From the IMG/VR virus record IMGVR_UViG_3300045988_093856, positions 1 to 64,000 of that record: a stretch of 64,000 nucleotides of DNA. One strand, given 5' to 3'. Source of the stretch: a virus. This document shows, piece by piece, positions 25,429-35,220 of this stretch. Positions within the stretch are counted from its first letter, which is position 1, and each line of letters begins with the position of its first letter. A model generated the notes under the pieces. It was not told the origin of the DNA, ran no database searches, and saw only the letters and a list, made by a program, of their open reading frames with translations. The position numbers and the translations under genes were made by a program.

Positions 25429-28400
25429 TTACGTTGGCTGGAAGCGGAAGCCATTGCGTTCCGCCTGTTTTGTTACTGTATCTGTGATTGTTCTTCCGCC
25501 TATTTCAATTACAGTCTGTTCCTTCTTATCTGCCTGAACCTTTGTATTTCTTGAAATATCAGTTACGCCAGATGTAATTCCAAGCTCATTCAGTGCTTCT
25601 TTTATTGCTTCTTTCAAACCGCCGCCAGAAGTGAGCGTTGCCTGAACCGCGCCATTTGTTGATACCTCTCTTGTTACACGCTGTACAATGGCTTCATTTG
25701 TGAAATCACTGCCGTAGTTGGTCTGATAGTCTTTCAATGCACTGTCGTTGATTCTTAACCGTGTTCCAACGCTCATATCGGTAAAGGAATCGGCCCACGT
25801 TGCCATTGTGGCTTTGGTTTTCTTCCCTTCCGCTTCGATTCCGGCATTATATCCCTCAACAGAATACGCGCCCATCTGCCTGAACACTTTAGACGGAGAA
25901 TTTATATCCAGCTTATCTTTGAACCATGAGATAATACTGCTGCCCCATGATTCGATGTTGTTTTTACAAGTGGTATATAATGCTCCAATACCATTCTTAA
26001 ATCCACTGATAACATCTGATGCAATGTCATAGAATTTGCTGTATGAACAAGTATCAGTAAACCACGACTTAACACTGGAAGCCCATGTTGTAATGCTGCT
26101 CTTTGTGGTCGTGTAAGAATTTGTAATCTTTGTCTTAAATCCACTGAGTACATTGCTTGCATATGTGGTCCATGTAGTCGAATTTATTCCGCCGTGGGAT
26201 GAACCACTGAACCACTCTTTGAGATTGCTGGCCCACGTTGTAATGCTGCTCTTTGTGGTCGTGTATGCGTTTCCAATCTTGTCCTTAAAACCAGAAATAA
26301 CATTGGAAGCATAGGTAGACCATGTGGTTCCATTCACTCCACCAAAGGACGAACTATTGAACCATTCCTTAACACTGGAAGCCCATGTTGTTATGTTTCC
26401 CTTAACAGTGGTGTATGTGTTTCCGATTTTGTCCTTAAAACTTGCGATAATATCACTGCCATATTTCTCCCATGTGGATTTGCAGATTCCTCCAAAACTT
26501 ACTCCGCTAAACCACTCCTTAATATTTCCGGCCCATTCAGTGATCTTATTCTTGCACTCGGTAAACTTCTCTGATATTCCTCCGGTAAGCCCGGCTACAA
26601 TGTTTTGGCCGATTTCCGCAAATACCGTTGATGGAGAATGGATTCCGAATAACTGCTTAACAATAGTTGTTACCATGTTGAAACAGTCAAGGGCGGTTTT
26701 CAAAGGAGCAGGCAGACAAGCGCTTGCAATTCCGTTAAGCAATCCGCCTACGATATTCTCTCCAATGGTATTGATCTCTCCATCATCGTTACCGGAATTG
26801 AATACGCCGGATATTCCCTCTACAATACTGGTCTTTAACTGGTTGAATATGGTAGACCAAGACACCAGTTTGAACATATTCTTAAAAGTCCACTTTGCGG
26901 CAAATACCTTGAATACAGTAGCCAGAAGTGTGTCCCAATCTACCTCCGACATTGCCTGTGCGACTCCGCCCAAAAGACTGTACCAGTCCACTTCATCGAT
27001 CAGAGTATTTATCAAGGTGCATACGCCTGTTATAAGTGAGTTAATCGTGCCGCCAGCTTCTTTCCAGTCGATTGTTTTGACCGCAGTATTGATTGCCGAG
27101 GCAATGTCATTACCTATCTTCTCAAAGTCGATCTCTGCGAGGAATGTTCCAATGCCGCTGAATAAAGTATTTATACAATTACCAATGGTTCTTCCTACTG
27201 TTTTCCAATCTATCTGAGTAATTGCCAAATTCAGATTGGAACCTAAACCTTTGGCAAATGATGTGACTCCATTCTTAATAGTGGTCCAATCAAGATTTCC
27301 AAGGGCTGAGTTGATACCCATTGCGACTTTAAGTGCGAGTTCGGTCCAAGGGAATGTTTCTGCAAATGCGTATAACGCCTGGAATGCTCCGTTTATGCCC
27401 GTGCTGAGTGTATAGCCAATTCCAACCCAACTAATACCTGTGAGTGCATTTCCTATTCCGGTCGCAACCGCTGTCCCAAATGCTGTAAAGTCGAAGTTTG
27501 TAACGAACTCTTGCGCACCCCATATTACTGAGTTGATGGCATTTGCAAATGAAGTTCCTACTAATCCCCAAGTTTCTGTGTCCTGGAACATTGTGCTTAG
27601 GAAATCAGCTATTCCCTTGCCAATTCCTCTGAGCGTTTCATAGATTAAAGGCCAATCGAGTGTTTCCAATGCGCCTTTGATTGCGTCTGTAACAGCTATT
27701 CCGAGACTGTCCCAATGGAAATTTTCTACAAAGGAATCAACAAACTCAAAAGCCGAATTGATGCCCTCGGCGATCGTCTTTCCTATGACTGTAAACAGCC
27801 CGGGAGTTTCGAGGAATCCATTGAGAAATGTTGCAATACTCTTTGCTATCTTGCGGAGTGTCCTCTTTATGCCGGCCCATGGAATGTTTTCAAGGGCTTC
27901 TTTGAGCTTTTCGCCTAACAATCGCCCTATATCGTAGAAATCTCCATCTTCCCACGCTTCCTTAATCATGTCGGCGATATTTTTGTATTTTTCGGCAATG
28001 GGGTTTTCTTCAAATCCGCTGCCGTCAATATCGTTTGCTCCGCTTCCTCCCCCACTTCCTTCATCGAGAATGTTTAACTCGTCTATTCCAGTTGTGAGGT
28101 TCTTTGCTGCTTTTGCTGCGCCATTTAATGATTCTGCATAATCCTTGTTCTGTTTTATTGCCTTGGTGTAAAAACTTTTACCGGTCAGCGCAGAAAAGAA
28201 CTGTGCTAAAGCATTTGTGGCGGTAATGAGTTTCTGAATGAGGTAGTCCAGAATAGGAGTAACCACATTTAGGATAGGTTCAAATGCGGTTGCCAATGAA
28301 CTTCCTAATTGCCGAATGTCGTTATAAAGCAAATTGACATTTTTATGGAACTCTGAACCTATCTTCTTTGAGAAAATAACGAGGTTGTTAAATCCGTTCT

Positions 28401-29706
28401 TCACAAGTTCAAACAACTGTGTAAACGCAGAACGTAAGAGCATGAAAGTAAAAAGTCTCGTGATAGACCTCAATTTCTTCGCAAAGCTGCCAGCCTGTTT
28501 TTCAGAAAATCCAAGGCTATCCCGGACTTTCTTTTTGAGTTCCTTAAATTTGTTGATTATAGACTGTACGGCAGAACGTATCTTATTTGCCAAGCTCTTA
28601 ATGTTGGCAATTACTTTCTGTACGGCGTTTTTTACGGCTGTTGCCGCTTGATTTACCAGATTGATAATCGTGGTAAGAATAGTAAGGATTATTCCGATGA
28701 TTGGAATTGCCGCCTGTACTGCCTGCAGTCCGGCAGCCATTGACTGAAATCCGGCGTTGGCTGCCATGCCACCTATCTCGATGTTCGGAAGAATAGCGGC
28801 AATATGGCTTAATATGGAAGAAAATGTGCCAAGTCCACATTTCTGTGCAGCATCTCCGATTGAGCCGATAGACTTCGCAATATCCTCCATGGTTTTAGGC
28901 GTTTCTGTTATTGTCTCTTTGAACTGCTTAAACTGTTCCTGAGCCTGACGTAATCCATTCACAGCTTCTTCATACTGTGAAGTATCAAACATTACTTTGC
29001 CGCTTTCCATTCCTTTGATAGTGGCTTTGTATTGATTGATCTGTGAAATAAGAGACTGTATTTTAGCGTTTGCGCTGCTTGCGTTGGTCTGATTAAGACT
29101 ACTGTTAAATGCCTGCTGCCCCTGTGCTGCATTTCGTCCGCTCGATGCCGCTTTATCCTCTGCTGTGGATAATCTCTCTACCGACTGCGCTGCGCCAGAC
29201 ATAGCAGATTGAACCTCTCTCGAAACAGTTGCGGCGCTTGATAATCCAGATGTATCAAACTGCTGTGGTTTCCACTGCCGCACATTTACATTTGAAGAAT
29301 CCTTGATAATGGCCGGCAGCTTCTCCATAGACTTCACAGTTTCCTTAACGCCTGTGGAATCAATCTTAATGCTGATCTTATTATTTGAGCCAAGGTTGCC
29401 AAGTGAGTTGCCGATTTTTTCGACGGTATCGGCCACATCCCTTAATTTGGAGCTATCAATATCTGTCATTGACTTAATGGAAGATACGATACCTCTCATT
29501 CCGGCCCCGGCGCTTTTTAATTGCTCTCCCACGCTCGCAAACTCTTTCAGGCAGTTTGTGATTGTAGACAGCTTATCTTTGTCAATACCTTCCGTGGCTT
29601 TCAGCATGGAAGTAAGACTTTTTGTAACTTTATCAATACCACCGTCTGCCTTGTCAGTGGTGGCTTCGATTTCCAGTAAAATGCTATCGACTTTGTTATC
29701 AGCCAT
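25429..29706 (-). CDS. Tail tape measure protein
   Basis: About 1425 aa, largely Ala/Ser/Gly/Ile-rich with TM-like central segments, in the expected position. Start taken at MADNKVD (29706). Confidence 0.9.
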   Translation of the reverse strand: MADNKVDSILLEIEATTDKADGGIDKVTKSLTSMLKATEGIDKDKLSTITNCLKEFASVGEQLKSAGAGMRGIVSSIKSMTDIDSSKLRDVADTVEKIGNSLGNLGSNNKISIKIDSTGVKETVKSMEKLPAIIKDSSNVNVRQWKPQQFDTSGLSSAATVSREVQSAMSGAAQSVERLSTAEDKAASSGRNAAQGQQAFNSSLNQTNASSANAKIQSLISQINQYKATIKGMESGKVMFDTSQYEEAVNGLRQAQEQFKQFKETITETPKTMEDIAKSIGSIGDAAQKCGLGTFSSILSHIAAILPNIEIGGMAANAGFQSMAAGLQAVQAAIPIIGIILTILTTIINLVNQAATAVKNAVQKVIANIKSLANKIRSAVQSIINKFKELKKKVRDSLGFSEKQAGSFAKKLRSITRLFTFMLLRSAFTQLFELVKNGFNNLVIFSKKIGSEFHKNVNLLYNDIRQLGSSLATAFEPILNVVTPILDYLIQKLITATNALAQFFSALTGKSFYTKAIKQNKDYAESLNGAAKAAKNLTTGIDELNILDEGSGGGSGANDIDGSGFEENPIAEKYKNIADMIKEAWEDGDFYDIGRLLGEKLKEALENIPWAGIKRTLRKIAKSIATFLNGFLETPGLFTVIGKTIAEGINSAFEFVDSFVENFHWDSLGIAVTDAIKGALETLDWPLIYETLRGIGKGIADFLSTMFQDTETWGLVGTSFANAINSVIWGAQEFVTNFDFTAFGTAVATGIGNALTGISWVGIGYTLSTGINGAFQALYAFAETFPWTELALKVAMGINSALGNLDWTTIKNGVTSFAKGLGSNLNLAITQIDWKTVGRTIGNCINTLFSGIGTFLAEIDFEKIGNDIASAINTAVKTIDWKEAGGTINSLITGVCTLINTLIDEVDWYSLLGGVAQAMSEVDWDTLLATVFKVFAAKWTFKNMFKLVSWSTIFNQLKTSIVEGISGVFNSGNDDGEINTIGENIVGGLLNGIASACLPAPLKTALDCFNMVTTIVKQLFGIHSPSTVFAEIGQNIVAGLTGGISEKFTECKNKITEWAGNIKEWFSGVSFGGICKSTWEKYGSDIIASFKDKIGNTYTTVKGNITTWASSVKEWFNSSSFGGVNGTTWSTYASNVISGFKDKIGNAYTTTKSSITTWASNLKEWFSGSSHGGINSTTWTTYASNVLSGFKTKITNSYTTTKSSITTWASSVKSWFTDTCSYSKFYDIASDVISGFKNGIGALYTTCKNNIESWGSSIISWFKDKLDINSPSKVFRQMGAYSVEGYNAGIEAEGKKTKATMATWADSFTDMSVGTRLRINDSALKDYQTNYGSDFTNEAIVQRVTREVSTNGAVQATLTSGGGLKEAIKEALNELGITSGVTDISRNTKVQADKKEQTVIEIGGRTITDTVTKQAERNGFRFQPT
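25906..26553 (-). repeat. About 4.3 tandem 150-bp (50-aa) repeats inside the tape measure gene
   Basis: Peptide period: K.(N/S)IT(E/T)WA..(I/V/L)KEWF.....GG........Y.S..(I/L)(A/S)(S/G)FK.KI.N.YTT. repeated. Confidence 0.75.
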
Positions 29707-29824
29707 TTCTTGCCACCTCACATCAAACCCTGTCCGTGGGTGGTATTGTGTCCGTAAATAGAAAACATGGGGAACGCACCGGACTTGTGCTATTCGGTTC
29801 GTCAACCTATCCCCATGTAATCAG

Positions 29825-30124
29825 CTACTTATTTCGCTGTCTCATTTGCTTATTATGTTCTGCGGCAAAGGCAGCGAATCGTGCGCCATCGGTCATTTTC
29901 TCTCCCTTTGGTGCATTTGGTGTGCTGTTCATGCTTCTCGGTTCTTCTGGATATGTTGGATGCGTTTTGGATAAAAATACTGCCATCGCATCAAGCACAT
30001 ACGAACCTACGGACCACGCCAGGTTATCCAGCGCGATTGCCCTTTCCTTTACTTCTAACTCTCTTTTTTTCTGAAACGGCTCCAACTTCCTGGGGTTCAA
30101 TCCCCAAAAGGTTTCATAAGACAC
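29825..30124 (-). CDS. T-frame part of the tail assembly chaperone (probable -1 frameshift extension of 30208-30558)
   Basis: The -1 frame is open from the slippery G_GGT_TTT (30268-30274) across the G stop into this ORF. Confidence 0.55.
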   Translation of the reverse strand: MSYETFWGLNPRKLEPFQKKRELEVKERAIALDNLAWSVGSYVLDAMAVFLSKTHPTYPEEPRSMNSTPNAPKGEKMTDGARFAAFAAEHNKQMRQRNK

Positions 30125-30207
30125 TCCGTAAAACAGTGCATTTGGGAGCCAGACTTTATTGATAATTTCTGTAAAACTCTTATATTTACTGAAATCTATT
30201 TCCTCGG

Positions 30208-30558
30208 TTATTCTGCCGCGGTTGCTTTCTTCTTCCCTTTCGGTGCTTCTTCCTCGGCTGTCTCTCCAAAACCCGCGGTTTTCATTGCCTCCGTGAAAGC
30301 GCCCATGATTTCATCCATTGAGCCGCCATATTTCAAATGCTCAGATAAAATCTTTCCGGCTTCGGTCAAATCTTTTGTTTCGGTAAGCACTGCTATGATC
30401 GCCCGGATTGTTTTGAATATCTTCATACTGGCTCTGGTATCATCGTCCAGAAGCCCCATTACATCTACATCGTGATCTTCCAAATCACACATCAGATTGG
30501 TAAAATCCAAATCTGCTACCTTAATCTCTTTAGGTCCATTCGCTGTCTGTAAAATCAT
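30208..30558 (-). CDS. Tail assembly chaperone (gpG-like)
   Basis: 116 aa, acidic, lying between the major tail and tape measure genes. Confidence 0.7.
   Translation of the reverse strand: MILQTANGPKEIKVADLDFTNLMCDLEDHDVDVMGLLDDDTRASMKIFKTIRAIIAVLTETKDLTEAGKILSEHLKYGGSMDEIMGAFTEAMKTAGFGETAEEEAPKGKKKATAAE
30268..30274 (-). promoter_or_regulatory. Candidate -1 programmed frameshift heptamer G_GGT_TTT
   Basis: X_XXY_YYZ is in the correct phase in the codons ACC GCG GGT TTT GGA (KTAGFG). Confidence 0.45.
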
Positions 30559-30638
30559 ACTTATTAACCGTCCTTTCGTTAATCTGTCCTTATATGCGGC
30601 AAGGGAAATTTTTACTTCCCTTGCCGTTTATTTACTGG

Positions 30639-31061
30639 TTACGCTCCTGCAGTAACATAATGCAGAGCTTCTTCGCCCTCGTCTGTAATAGAGAAGGACA
30701 TTTCCCTTGCGTTGTTTGAGCTGCCGCTGTTCGGATAAACCGCCATTACGCCGGCCCACTCCCAGATACCATCCTCTCCGTTTTCGCCAAACCAAAGCTG
30801 GTAGGTGTCAACGGTTCCGGCATCCTGAATGGCAAGCAGCTTCTCGTAATCTGCCTTTTCGTACCATGCCTTAAAGTTCAAATCGCCGGTATCTTCGATG
30901 CCGTTGATTGTTCTTTTCTTTCTGTCGGAAAGAGTGGTTACATCTAACTTCTCTTTCTCGCCGCCAAGATCAGGGTACTCAGTAATGTCAATCAGCTTTG
31001 AAAAGTCTGATTCATCTTTGCCCTTGTGCATGATGTATGTTACATTCGTGCATTTTGCCAT
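30639..31061 (-). CDS. Major tail protein
   Basis: 140 aa, upstream of the chaperones. A strong hairpin (30598-30632) follows the gene. Confidence 0.65.
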   Translation of the reverse strand: MAKCTNVTYIMHKGKDESDFSKLIDITEYPDLGGEKEKLDVTTLSDRKKRTINGIEDTGDLNFKAWYEKADYEKLLAIQDAGTVDTYQLWFGENGEDGIWEWAGVMAVYPNSGSSNNAREMSFSITDEGEEALHYVTAGA

Positions 31062-31175
31062 GTCGTTTTACCTCCTTGATTTTTCCCTTGCCTAAGAGGT
31101 AAGCCCTAATTATTAAAACTACCGGCAGGCACTAGGCTTGTGCTTTTTGGGAGCGACCCTAGCCGGTAGAGTTAA

Positions 31176-31562
31176 TCATGTATCAAGTTTCGTGAAACGT
31201 GCAATGAACTGTTGGATAGAAGAATCGCTTACATTCTCTATGGGGGAGAAGTATGTACACCGGAATCCGGCGCTTACCATATATCCTCTCGCCGTATTGG
31301 CGATATTTCGCACTTCCGAAGCGGATTTATTGGAGTAGAACTTAATCTCGCATCCGAAATTGATCCCTTCCTCGGTATTTGAGAGAGTCGGCAGTGCGCC
31401 GCTTCCCTCTATCTGTTTGAAATACATATAAGGGAATGACGGCGGTGTTGCTTTATAAACCTGTCCCCCTTGCAAACCGGCATATTCCGTCTGCAAATGT
31501 TTTAGGAGGTCTGTGTAGTATTGATTTGTATTATCCTTAACCACTGAATACCTCCTTTGCAA
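31176..31562 (-). CDS. Tail terminator / tail completion protein
   Basis: Position in the head-tail joining cluster. Confidence 0.45.
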   Translation of the reverse strand: MQRRYSVVKDNTNQYYTDLLKHLQTEYAGLQGGQVYKATPPSFPYMYFKQIEGSGALPTLSNTEEGINFGCEIKFYSNKSASEVRNIANTARGYMVSAGFRCTYFSPIENVSDSSIQQFIARFTKLDT

Positions 31563-32079
31563 TGCGGTGTGCTTCTCGCCTTAGATACTGCGCTGTTTCG
31601 TACATGAATGGCCTTGACGGCATACCTTCGGTAAATCGCCACGTGCCATCATCTGCCGGGTAATACCACCCCTCCCTACCGTCCTTGGTAGTAAAGATAG
31701 TTGCCCCGGAATTATAAGCCCATTGCATAATTGCTTTATATTCGGCGCTTGGGTGGGAGCTATCCCTACCTTTAACGCCTGTTCCAAACTCAATGTACTT
31801 GCAGTAACCTCCCGCCTGGATAATTCCAATTCCCTCGGCATCATCGAGATAGCCGATAATGGAGGCTTGTGCTACTCCGGTATCAATCGGAACCAGTTCT
31901 CGTGCTTTCTCCAAACCCAGATTTGTGAGCAGCCTTACAAGGCTCTCGGCGCACTTATGAATACGCTCTTTTTCCTCTTGAAGTTCTTTAATCGCATTTC
32001 TGATACTGTCTGGGTCTAACGGGTTGACAGTAATTTTCTTTGTCACTTCTCCGCCCCCTTGATCTTCCGAATCGCCCAT
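31537..32079 (-). CDS. HK97 gp10-like head-tail joining protein
   Basis: Position and size; the KYIEFGTG pattern is typical of the gp10 family. Confidence 0.5.
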   Translation of the reverse strand: MGDSEDQGGGEVTKKITVNPLDPDSIRNAIKELQEEKERIHKCAESLVRLLTNLGLEKARELVPIDTGVAQASIIGYLDDAEGIGIIQAGGYCKYIEFGTGVKGRDSSHPSAEYKAIMQWAYNSGATIFTTKDGREGWYYPADDGTWRFTEGMPSRPFMYETAQYLRREAHRIAKEVFSG

Positions 32080-32438
32080 AAATTCTGATGCAAGTCATTT
32101 TTGGGGCAAACGCAGATATAATCCGGCTCCGTATCGGTAGAACCATCCTCATTGAGAACCGGTTCAACATCAATAAAAAGTCTGGTATATTCGTCAATCG
32201 GGAGTCGCTTAACAGTCGAAATCGACTTGTCATACACAATGTTCTTTCCGAATGGCGAATCTTCCGCGTTGCCTGAGTTTGGGCTTACTCTTGCCAATAC
32301 TCGGACAGGATTTGAATATTTCGGAACAGTATCTCCGGTGAGATTGCCGTCTGCATCCACTTCATCCACCTGTCCGATGTATGTCTGATACCAGAAAGGT
32401 ACTTGGTTTTCTTTTAAGTCTTTAAGTCTCAGAGCCAT
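32043..32438 (-). CDS. Head-tail adaptor
   Basis: Position in the cluster. Confidence 0.45.
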   Translation of the reverse strand: MALRLKDLKENQVPFWYQTYIGQVDEVDADGNLTGDTVPKYSNPVRVLARVSPNSGNAEDSPFGKNIVYDKSISTVKRLPIDEYTRLFIDVEPVLNEDGSTDTEPDYICVCPKNDLHQNLWAIRKIKGAEK

Positions 32439-32449
32439 CGGCAGCCTCC

Positions 32450-32779
32450 TTAATTCACATAAGTCTTAGGCGGTATCTTCGATAGAGCCACTTCAATATC
32501 TTTCTTTCCGGTCTGCCCCCAATTACGACTTACGCCGAGTTCGGTATGTGATACCAAACCGTCTCGGGCATCGTCCGAATTGATAGCTTTTGCCAGATCA
32601 TAGATTTCAAACTCATAACGGTTATAGAACCGCTCCAGTTCTTCCTCAGTCGGATTATCAAAGTCGGCCCAGAAATGATGATTTGCTGCCTGCTTTTGAG
32701 CTTTTGTAAGGAGGACGGCGATTTGGCTATCTGTGAGAGTTTCATCATCGAGAATTACCTTCAACACATTTGCGTCCAT
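32450..32779 (-). CDS. gp6-like head-tail connector
   Basis: Position; 109 aa. Confidence 0.45.
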   Translation of the reverse strand: MDANVLKVILDDETLTDSQIAVLLTKAQKQAANHHFWADFDNPTEEELERFYNRYEFEIYDLAKAINSDDARDGLVSHTELGVSRNWGQTGKKDIEVALSKIPPKTYVN

Positions 32780-32793
32780 CTGTCCTCACTCCT

Positions 32794-33192
32794 TTAGGGC
32801 TGGTTTTCCAGGAACTCAGCAATAATATCTTCCTTGCTCATTGAACTGATCTTAAAGCCAAGGGTTTTTGCAAGCTCTCTGATCTGCGGTACTTTCATAC
32901 CTTCGAGGTCTGCTTTGCTATACTTCTTCCCGGCTTCTGATTCTGTCTGAGGCAATTCGGGAATAGTTGTTGCTTCGTCCTGAATAGGCTGCGGTGCTAC
33001 CTGATCGGGTGCCACAGACTCAGCAACTTCCTTTATCAAAGGAGTGTGCTGTTTGTTATTGCTCCCTGACAGTTCCGCAATCCGCGCCTCTGTAACTGCC
33101 TTGCCCTGTCGGGGAAAAATATCCCCGACATTGTAAGGATGGCTATTGTCCTGCAAATCTGTGAAGTATTTGATTACTTCATACTTTGCCAT
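32794..33192 (-). CDS. YqbF-like protein with a C-terminal HeH/Rho-N-like motif
   Basis: C-terminal KVPQIRELAKTLGFKISSMSKEDIIAEF; lies downstream of the capsid gene. Confidence 0.5.
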   Translation of the reverse strand: MAKYEVIKYFTDLQDNSHPYNVGDIFPRQGKAVTEARIAELSGSNNKQHTPLIKEVAESVAPDQVAPQPIQDEATTIPELPQTESEAGKKYSKADLEGMKVPQIRELAKTLGFKISSMSKEDIIAEFLENQP

Positions 33193-33209
33193 AATTAACA
33201 CCTCCGTTA

Positions 33210-34184
33210 TTAAGCGCCAGTGCTAACAGCAGTCAGTTCACTCGGCAAATCCGTAGAAATGTTTGTGAACTTAGCGCTCATCCATTCAGGACCGTGATCC
33301 AAACCGGCCTGTCCGAAAATCTGGTAGGTTTCGCCCGCGCCGGTCTTAGCAAGCTGCTCTAAGAAGAAATTGCCCTTGCCAGGAACCATCTGGTAAACCG
33401 GAGCCATGATAGTCGGATCAAACAGTGTAGCAGTTCCGGCAGGAAGTGAGGTAAGCAATGCTACGCCCACAGTTCCAAGAGGGGTTACAACTGTCTGAAT
33501 TTTAATACCGTTTACATCTCTGCCATCAGGAACGATAGTCAGGTTGTTCTTCTGCGCATCAAGGTTGAGCTGCAACAGAGTGGTTGCATTTACGCCGAGA
33601 ACGATATTGTCTGTTCTTGCGCCCTGTTCATGGATGCTCTTTAATCCTTCTGCCACAAGCCAATAAGTAAGAGGTTTTCCGGCAAGATCAAGCGCGTTAG
33701 TCGTGATTGCTGTCAAAAGTCCTCTGGTCTGGTTTGCTTCGGAATCGGTAGTTGCCTTTGCATACTTACCATTCAGGAACGTGTACTCAATATCCTGGGC
33801 GATCTTTGCCATTCTCCGAGATACCTGGAAAGCAAGTTCGTCCAAAGGATTAGCCTGCTGACCGGCTACATTGATGCCCTGCAGAGTACCCATGTTGCTC
33901 TGCTTTCCGTAGCTGATAGATACGGACTTGTGGAAAATCTGAGTCACATTGGTAAGCTGACTTCTGGTTACTACTTCCGGTGTAGGAGCTGTAAGGGAAT
34001 CGTTCTCAGAAATCTTAGGCTGTTCGCCTGTTTCTGTATTAAACTCCTGTCCGCAAGTAAACTCTACATGATTGGTAACAAGAGGTCTTGCGCCAATCAT
34101 AGTAGAGAAAGGTGTTGCCTGCTGTCCCTTAGCGAACAACATTCCGCTGAAATTAGGGAGAGCAAATGATGTTGCTGTTGCCAT
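33210..34184 (-). CDS. Major capsid protein
   Basis: 324 aa, following the scaffold gene. Confidence 0.75.
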   Translation of the reverse strand: MATATSFALPNFSGMLFAKGQQATPFSTMIGARPLVTNHVEFTCGQEFNTETGEQPKISENDSLTAPTPEVVTRSQLTNVTQIFHKSVSISYGKQSNMGTLQGINVAGQQANPLDELAFQVSRRMAKIAQDIEYTFLNGKYAKATTDSEANQTRGLLTAITTNALDLAGKPLTYWLVAEGLKSIHEQGARTDNIVLGVNATTLLQLNLDAQKNNLTIVPDGRDVNGIKIQTVVTPLGTVGVALLTSLPAGTATLFDPTIMAPVYQMVPGKGNFFLEQLAKTGAGETYQIFGQAGLDHGPEWMSAKFTNISTDLPSELTAVSTGA

Positions 34185-34204
34185 GATTCATTACCTCCTT
34201 TAGA

Positions 34205-34879
34205 TTAGGTGGCGCTGTTGTTTGCTGCCGCCTGTTGTAATATTGCAAGTGCCGCAGACTGCGAATCTCCGGCATCCATTGCCTGTTTTATCTGTGCCGT
34301 GTAGTCAACCTGACCCACGTTGCCGGACTGAGGTAAAGGCATCTGTGCCATATACTGAGCACGGATTTCTTCATCCTTTTTCTTATCTCTCTCAGCCATG
34401 AACTTCGTGAGATTAGAAGTAACCGTGTCCATAGCCCCTTCCACTTCGGCTGTGGCAGTTGCTCTTGCCAAATCCTTATCCATTCCCATGCTCAGGTAGC
34501 GCTCTGACGATTCCGTTACGGCCTTAAACTTTTCAAGGTCCTTAACGTATGCCTCATGCTGCGCCTGCTGTTCTGCCTTGGCTTCTGCTTCCTGTTCCTC
34601 TGCGGTCTGCTTTGCTCTAAGCTGCTTGCGCAGATTTCCCTCGGAAGTACAGAGCTTGTCATTATCAGCTTTCAGCTTCGCATTAGCCGCATTTGCCTGT
34701 GCTAACTGCGCCATAAGGCTTTCAACCGTTACTTCTGCCGGGTTATTATCCTCATGGGGTTCCTGCGCCTGCTGCTGGCTGCCTGTTGCCGGGGTAGCCG
34801 GTGTCGGATTCTGATTCTGAGGCTGCTGTGCCTGCTGATTCTGTGTACCTGTTGCTGTGTTGTTGTTTACTTCTGCCAT
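34205..34879 (-). CDS. Scaffolding protein
   Basis: Gln/Ala/Glu-rich coiled-coil of 224 aa, upstream of the capsid gene. Confidence 0.7.
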   Translation of the reverse strand: MAEVNNNTATGTQNQQAQQPQNQNPTPATPATGSQQQAQEPHEDNNPAEVTVESLMAQLAQANAANAKLKADNDKLCTSEGNLRKQLRAKQTAEEQEAEAKAEQQAQHEAYVKDLEKFKAVTESSERYLSMGMDKDLARATATAEVEGAMDTVTSNLTKFMAERDKKKDEEIRAQYMAQMPLPQSGNVGQVDYTAQIKQAMDAGDSQSAALAILQQAAANNSAT

Positions 34880-35023
34880 AATTGACCTCCTGCGTTTGTA
34901 CGGTTCTCTCCGTGTAAATTTGTGCGTTTTTTTACTTGCGTCTCTGCAAGAACAGTAGTTGTAAGTGCGTTATTTGAAAGGCTTTCTCTAGCCTTGTATA
35001 TAAAGGGGAAACCCTTATATCCC

Positions 35024-35073
35024 AAAGAAATGAGCCGGACACGATTTCTCATATCCGGCTCACTGGCTCTAAC
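35024..35073 (-). terminator. Conserved GAGCC-tandem hairpin, copy 2 (upstream of the scaffold gene)
   Basis: Minus strand: AGTTAGAGCCAGTGAGCCGGA-loop-TCCGGCTC-ATTTCTTT. It shares a 20-nt identity with copy 1. Confidence 0.5.
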
Positions 35074-35082
35074 TATATTCAG

Positions 35083-35202
35083 TTAGCACTTCTTTCCTGC
35101 CTTTTTGGCAGTTGATTTCTTTGCGGCGCTCTTTTTGGAAGCTGCCATTTTCTTCTTGTCGTCCGCTTTCTTCGCGGATGTGGATTTCTTAGCACATGCC
35201 AT
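35083..35202 (-). CDS. Small Lys/Ala-rich basic protein (39 aa; not in the ORF track)
   Basis: MACAKKSTSAKKADDKKKMAASKKSAAKKSTAKKAGKKC*; GGAGGT lies 9 nt upstream. Confidence 0.45.
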   Translation of the reverse strand: MACAKKSTSAKKADDKKKMAASKKSAAKKSTAKKAGKKC

Positions 35203-35220
35203 TGGTTTTTACCTCCTATG

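Noticed and set aside
26324-27217. 297-aa plus-strand ORF, and several other 60-150-aa plus-strand ORFs between 25748 and 29761.
   Set aside because: They are entirely antisense to the 1425-aa tape measure gene. They have a low-complexity Pro/Ser/Leu-rich composition and no RBS, so they are shadow ORFs.
30598-30632. The hairpin GGCAAGGGAA..TTCCCTTGCC as a terminator of the late operon.
   Set aside because: On the coding (minus) strand it is not followed by a T-run. It more likely acts as an RNA-stabilising or attenuating hairpin after the major tail gene, so it is not listed as a terminator.
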